A DNA stretch of 64,000 nt. Origin: Amoebidium appalachense (Eukaryota > Protista > Ichthyosporea). The stretch's first letter is position 1, and the number at the start of each line of letters is the position of its first letter. Position numbers and translations under genes: made by a program. Of this stretch, positions 57,885 through 64,000 are shown one piece after another. Under the pieces are notes generated by a model. It did no database searches, was not told where the DNA came from, and saw nothing but the letters and a program-made list of their open reading frames with translations. The stretch is taken from contig CAVNZM010000016.1 of the NCBI GenBank assembly GCA_963693365.1, positions 219,341-283,340 of the forward strand. The letters are read 5' to 3'.

Positions 57885-57932
<48 letters not shown>
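56063..57932 (+). mobile_element. 5'-truncated non-LTR retrotransposon (LINE): RT + C-terminal Cys-rich region, (CA)n-containing 3' UTR and poly(A) tail
   Basis: Frame open from 56063 (HPCQSAFRKNNS) to TAG 57775: FIDWKTAYDSV, RGLLQGSLLSPFLFNLFIDDL, LLYADD, NIDKC, YKYLGV, EYGLPL, C-terminal QWR...C...C...ILDFILN. Followed by (CA)n and A44 at 57889-57932. No endonuclease domain or ORF1 present. Confidence 0.92.
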
Positions 57933-57933
<1 letters not shown>

Positions 57934-58240
57934 GGGGAACCCCAACTAATTGATTTCTCCTTGTAGTCTTTATGGTGTCTCGTAGAGAAAGTAAACCCTG
58001 ATATATAGTCACCACCCGACATCTATGTACGTGATCATGATATACCGCTGAGGGGATATTCCGAGCAAACCCCCCCCCCCCATACCTGAGACTGGTTCTC
58101 TTTGCCTCGAGTAAACAGCGTAAACCCCCAAAGGCTTTCCGGTTGGCAAGCTTTGTTCGCCGCAGTTTTGTCACTTTTACGTTCTTACCTTCTCGGATTA
58201 TCCGAAGTGCCCCCCTTCCCTGTGCGTGTCTGTAACCACC

Positions 58241-59639
58241 ATGCTCTCCTCTCTGTCTCTCTGCCTGCGTGGAGCACGCACGTGCGTGCCTGCAACTGCG
58301 GCAACGGCTGTGAAGGCGGGCAGCATCCGTTGGATGTCTATAGGTGCGTGAGTGTGCAGATGAGGTTCGTGTGGTTGTGTGGTTGTGTGCGTGTGTGTGC
58401 ACGTATGCAACTTCGCGCGCGTGTGTGCTTGTGTGTGTGCATGTGTGTGTGTGTGCGCGTGTCTACGTGTGCGTGTGTGCGTATGTGTGTGCGCGTGTGT
58501 GCGCGTGTGTGTGCGTGTGCGCCACGGTGTGCCTGCGCACGTAGCGTTTTTTTGGTGTCTGGAAGTCGGTTGGATGATATCATTATGGTTCGTTGTGTGT
58601 GGTTGCGTGTGCGTTTCAGGAGGGTAGGGCCCTTTTCGGAGATGTTTTTTCCAGGCACAACGGGTCATCTCAGATTTACCTACCTTTTGCAAAACACATG
58701 CCTAGCGTACTCCATCCAGCAACCAAGCAGGGTGGAGTGAGTGTGTTGTGCGTGCGTGCATGTGTGTATTTTGCATCTCTGTGCGTATTTATGGTCATCT
58801 CTCTGTGTTTTGTGTGCATCTGAGACGTTCAATATTGGAGTGCTTGCACATGCTGGCATATGGTGCGTGTGTAGGTGGCAGATTATTCTTAACCTGCCGT
58901 CCAGGTGCCGAGGGCTACACACACTACAAGTCTCTGGTTGCCTCTGTTCCTTCTCCCAATGTACTTCACGTCGAACTGAACCGCCCGGACAAGGCAAACT
59001 GCATCAATGACGAGTACGTGTGTGTGTGCGTGCGTGTGCGTGTGGTGTGTGTGTGTGTGTGTATGTGTGTGTTTGCGCGCGCGTGCGTGTGTTTAGATGG
59101 GTGTGGGGCCAGATCTGGGGGCGAGGTTGTGTGAATGTTGGTGGGCGTGTGCACGTGCGCACAACCGTGCACCCGTGCGTGTGTATGTGTGTGTGTGTGT
59201 TTGTGTGTTATGTGGCTGTCTGGCGGGATGGCTGGGTTTGTGGGGTGGATGTAGATGTGCATGTTTGCTTTGGGCGGGCAAAGCTCATTCATGGATTCCC
59301 GCCTATTTCCCCTGTGTCTGTGGTTTGGAATGGCTAATGTAGAAGACCCAACCTTGGGTTATGCAGTGGATGGATAGAGATGTTGTTGGGGCGTGGTGGG
59401 CCCACATAGGGGGTTGCTTGCGCCGTGGTGATGAGGTGTGGGAAACTGTCAAAGGGGACTTGGGTGGCGGCTGGCGGTGGTGGTGGTGGTGGTGGTGGTG
59501 GTGGGGGGGGGGGGGGGGGGGGGGGAAGGGGGAGGGGGGGGGGGGGGGGGGGGAGGGGGGGGGGGGGGGTGGTCAAGAAGAATGGAGTGAGAGGAGAGTG
59601 GAAGTCCACATGGATTCTGAGTTTTTTTTTTTTTTTTGT

Positions 59640-59670
<31 letters not shown>

Positions 59671-60240
59671 GGGAGATGTTTTAGCTAGCCCTTTTATTTT
59701 ATTCGTTCATTTTTTTTTGGGGGGGGGGGGGTGGGGGGGGGGGAATGGGTTGGGGGGTTTTCCTTTTTATTTCTTTATTATGATAGCCATTCTTAAATTT
59801 TTGGGGGGGGGGGGAGGGGGAGGGGGGGGGGGGAGGGGGGAGGGATGCTTTGGTGAGCGCATAGTGACCGGTGCTCCTCCCCCTCCCCCCTCCCCGCCTC
59901 TCTACCCCCCCCCTTCCCCCCTCCCCCCCCCCCCCCACCCCCCCCAGGCTGTGGGCCGAGCTTCGTGACGTGTTCCGGCAGGCAGCAGCAGACAGCCACG
60001 TGCGCTGTGTGGTTCTTTCTGGAAGGGGGAAAAACTTCTGCGCCGGCATAGACCGTATGTCTTTATCCCCCCCCCCCTCCGCCCCCCCTCCCCCCTCCCC
60101 TCCCCCCCACCTTGCCCATCCCCCGGGGGTACCGGAAATGGCTCGTGTTCTCTGAGGATAGACCCTACTTCCCTGTGCGCATACGTGCACTGCATTATTC
60201 GATGCACCTTGTGCTTCATACTGCATACACATTGCTGCCC

Positions 60241-60273
<33 letters not shown>

Positions 60274-60662
60274 ACACACACAAAAATAAAATCACTTCTT
60301 TGGGCGGTTATCGTTTTCTTGCATTCGGTAACTTGTTCGGGGGGGATGCCTCTTCTCTCGCCCGCCTGCCCCTCTCCTCTCTATCTTTGATTGCATTTTT
60401 TTCTATCCTTTTTTTTTAATGTTTCCCTTACCCATTGATTACAGTGTTTGCACTGACTCTCTGCACCAACGGCGCAAGGCAGGTCTTTAGGATACGATTG
60501 ATGAACCGTTTTACCCTTGAACGTCTTTTCTGTGTGAAGCAAACGATCTATTCAATAGCCGGAAAATCATACGACTGCACAAGGCCGATTGGTGCAGTAG
60601 GTCGGTGCAAGCACTGTAGTTACCCCTCCTTCCCCACCTCGTCAGATCCTCCGCACCTCCCC

Positions 60663-60755
<93 letters not shown>

Positions 60756-61392
60756 ACACCCACATGCATGCACATATTACGCAAGGACACACCGCCACAC
60801 ACGCATACATTTACACACATGCGCACACCCATCCACCATCCATCCACCCGTACACACACACACATCCACTCACTCACTCGGTCATTCACACACACGCCTG
60901 CCCACCCACCCACTCACCTCTCTCATCCGCCCCCCCACTCCTCCCCTCCCCTCCCCCCCCCCCCCCCCCGCCCTCCTTCCCTCCCCCATCTTCCCCCCTC
61001 AACCCCGTTTCGCTCCCCCTCCCCCCCCCCCCCCCCCCCCCCACTTCTAGTGCAGCTCTTTATGGGGATGAATTCCAAGATGACCAGCAAGGACCCTGCC
61101 CGTATCGCCTACAAACTCAAAGGCATCATCAAGGTAACAAATGCCCCCCCTCCCCCCCACTCCCCCTTCCCCCCCCCCCCCCCCCCCCCCCCTTTTGCTC
61201 TGCCTATGTTGCATACTCGTGCTCTTTATGTTCTTACCGCTATGTTGTCCATCATGAGTGTGTATTTCTTACTCGTGTGACACATCCCCCCCCTCCTGTT
61301 GGAGTACACTCCCCCCCCCCCCCCCCCCCTCCCCCCCCCCCTCCCCCCCCCTCTCCCCCCCCCCCCCCCTCCCCCCCCCCCCCCCCCCCCCT

Positions 61393-61429
<37 letters not shown>

Positions 61430-62025
61430 GCAGACACACACAAACACACACACACACACACCTCCTGGCCCAACTCACACGACACCCGTCCTCCTCCCCC
61501 CTTCTCCCAGAGGCTCGAAGGTGATTTAGCTATTTAACCAGTCCACCCACTGCACCTATAAATAGAACTACCAGGAGGGATTCAATGCCATCGAGCTATT
61601 TATAGCCCACCCACTAACAAATGAACCTATAAATAGAACTACCAGGATTCGAGCTATTTATAGCTTACAAATGTACCTATAAATAGAACTACCAGGATTC
61701 GAGCTATTTATGGCGCACCCACTAACAAATGTACCTATAAATAGAACTACCAGGAGGGCTTCAACGCCATTGATCTATTTATAGAACACCCACTAATCAA
61801 ATATACCTATAAATAGAACTACCAGGAGGGCTTCAATGCCATTGAGCAGTGCCCCAAACCGGTCATCGCCGCCATCCACAGATTTTGTGTTGGTGCAGGT
61901 AACTAGCCACCTCCCCCCCCCCCTCCCCCTCCCCCTTCCCCCCCTGCATCATAAGTTTTCTTTTGTACTGTAAACAGGATTCTAGGCTCCCTCCTCAAAC
62001 TAGCCGCCCCCCTCTCCCCCCCCCC

Positions 62026-62056
<31 letters not shown>

Positions 62057-63093
62057 ACTTCCTGCTGGGCTCCTTCCTGCTACGTAGCGTCCAACATGAG
62101 GTGCCTGCAAATGTCCTGTTTTTGCTTTTTTTTTGTTGACACGGGGGGTGGGGGGGGGGGGGGGGGTGGGGAGGAGTTACTGGTAGTGGGAGGCAAGGCG
62201 TGGTGGGTGGAGGAGAAGAAGACGACAAAGGGTAGTGTGTATTGGGAGGAGGGGGTGGGGTGTTGGGGGGGGGGAGAGAGATGGGGGGGCTGTTGCTGTG
62301 ACTGATGTTTGTTTTGTAGGTGTGGACATGGTTACTGCCTGCGACATTCGAATCTGCAGCAAAGACAGCAAGTTCAGCGTGAAGGTGCGTGCACGTGCAT
62401 GCACACACACAGCCACGTGCATGCACACACACAGCCACGTGCATGCACACACACAGCCACGTGCATGCACACACACAGCCACGTGCATGCACACACACAG
62501 CCATGTGCATGCACACACACAGCCACGTGTACAAGCACGGGCACACCATAGACACACTGACGTACACACCTGACGATACATCCCCCCCCCCCACCTCCCC
62601 ACCTCTCTGAAAGCCCCTTCTCCTCACCCATCTATGAAAGCCCCTTCTCCCCACCCATCTATCAGAATATATAGTCACGCTATCGACGATCTGATTGCCC
62701 CACAAGAGCCCCCCCCCCCCCCCCCCACCCCCACCCCACCCCCTCAAAAAAAAAAAAAAAAAGAAAAAAAAAAAAAAAAAGGGAAAAAAGAGAAAAACCC
62801 TGCCCCCTTTTGCCCAGTTCTCTCTGCCTAAGAACTAACTGCCACTTGCATGGCGGACATGCACATGGGCTGCTACTGTCTGCCCATGCAATAACCAAAA
62901 ACGGCAACTGTTCTTGCATTTTTATTGGGTCGATCTCATTGGTCCAATATCATGCAGGAGGTTGCACTGGGCATTGCTGCTGACGTGGGCACCCTAGCAA
63001 GACTGCCTCGTGTGGTTAGGTGGGACACTGCCCCCCCCCCCCCTCCCCCCTCCTCTTTCTGCTGGACACTCTGATCCCTCTCTCTCTCTCCCG

Positions 63094-63140
<47 letters not shown>

Positions 63141-63674
63141 ACACACACTCCGCCCCAGCTGCTACAAAAAAAATTCTTATGAAGGATGGAACGGTTGACT
63201 CAAAGAAATGTTCAATCACCATTTCCTTTCATTCTGTCATTTGAACCACCCGTTCCCCCCTTTTTTGTTTGGCATTTAAGAAGAACGGGAGGTACATACA
63301 TTAATACACAAATGTCCACCCTCGCCACCCATGGTCAAAGCTCATACACATGTGTTGCTTTTTGTGCGGGGGGGGGGGGGGGGGGGGGGGTTCTTATCAT
63401 TTTCATTGTACCCCGGAAGGTTTTCATACATCGTTTGTTTGCTGGTAAGGCCTCCAGATAAGCACCAACGTGACGATGCATGTGAATGTGACAGAGAGCC
63501 AATAGCAATTCAGGGTTCCACTGGACACCACTGCCCTTCTAACCCAATCATATTCGTGCAGAGCGGATTCCGTGGTTCGTGATTGGTGCTTTACTGGGCG
63601 GGATGTGGAGGCGGAGGAAGCACTGAGGGAGGGTTTGGTTGGCCGCGTGCTGGACTCACAGGACCAGGTTATGG
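58241..63674 (+). CDS. ECH1: Delta(3,5)-Delta(2,4)-dienoyl-CoA isomerase (crotonase family), 5' part; continues beyond the window
   Basis: Exons 58241-58343 (Arg/Ser/Ala-rich mitochondrial-type presequence), 58905-59013 ([13 protein letters not shown]), 59948-60054 ([18 protein letters not shown]), 61051-61133 (DPARIA), 61817-61898 ([20 protein letters not shown]), 62320-62384 ([14 protein letters not shown]), 62958-63019 ([20 protein letters not shown]), 63562-63674; phases consistent. Confidence 0.92.
61556..61846 (+). repeat. Tandem duplication of an ECH1 3' splice site + exon start (5 copies) with inverted-repeat arms
   Basis: CTATAAATAG|AACTACCAGGA at 61556, 61627, 61677, 61735 and 61807; the first four are each followed by CTATTTAT(A/G)G. 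Confidence 0.92.
62397..62528. repeat. 22-bp minisatellite (about 6 copies) just after an ECH1 donor
   Basis: Unit GTGCATGCACACACACAGCCAC. Confidence 0.9.
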
Positions 63675-64000
63675 GTGGGTGTTGATTAATTTTTTAAATT
63701 TAACGGTAAAATAGTTGTGTTATAATGAGTGAGCAGTGATATAAACAATAGCAATAGTAAGAGCAAGCAAACCAGTGGTAATGATAGTGATGATAATAGT
63801 GCTAGTGATCAAGTTTGTAGTAACAACAACCATAGAGTAGCTATATCACTGGGTGATCATAACCCTAATAATCAAACATCAAAAATCCACAACTACACAT
63901 ATAACAACTGGTATATTAGATGTCTACAACGATACATCACCCTCATATCTATTCATATAGTATATCTACAGCCACTCATATCTATTCATATAATATATCT

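Noticed and set aside
57876-57943. GGGGAGCCCC / GGGGAACCCC on either side of the LINE poly(A) as a target-site duplication
   Set aside because: A TSD should flank the whole element; there is no matching sequence at the 5' junction (~56060).
61556-61846. Repeat-spacer appearance suggesting a CRISPR array (also 876-1062 and 43793-43965)
   Set aside because: Eukaryotic intronic context, the 'spacers' are homologous to each other, and there are no cas genes.

Overview
Eukaryotic, intron-rich genomic DNA, saturated with poly(C)/poly(G) runs and (CA)n/(TG)n microsatellites. A unicellular opisthokont-like protist is my guess; the organism cannot be fixed from this window. Almost all ORF-track entries are microsatellite artefacts, so the genes were assembled by hand from GT-AG exons with consistent phases. 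Genes found: the 3' half of a phosphoinositide phospholipase C (+), a multi-exon CCCH zinc-finger protein (-), a membrane-anchored GT-A-like/alginate-lyase fusion (+, one frameshift), an intronless GPI-type surface protein (-), a secreted Val/Thr/Pro-repeat protein (+), a 13x thrombospondin-1-repeat protein with a C-type-lectin-like tail (+), COMMD3 (+), a 5'-truncated LINE reverse transcriptase (+) and the 5' part of ECH1 (+). The most notable signal is a dispersed ~150-270 nt intronic element (about 14 full or partial copies, always sense to the host gene when intronic). Its divergent copies keep covarying helices and both hammerhead-ribozyme core motifs, but in an order that fits none of hammerhead types I-III. 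The second notable signal is tandemly duplicated 3' splice sites; in ECH1 each decoy is followed by its own reverse complement.
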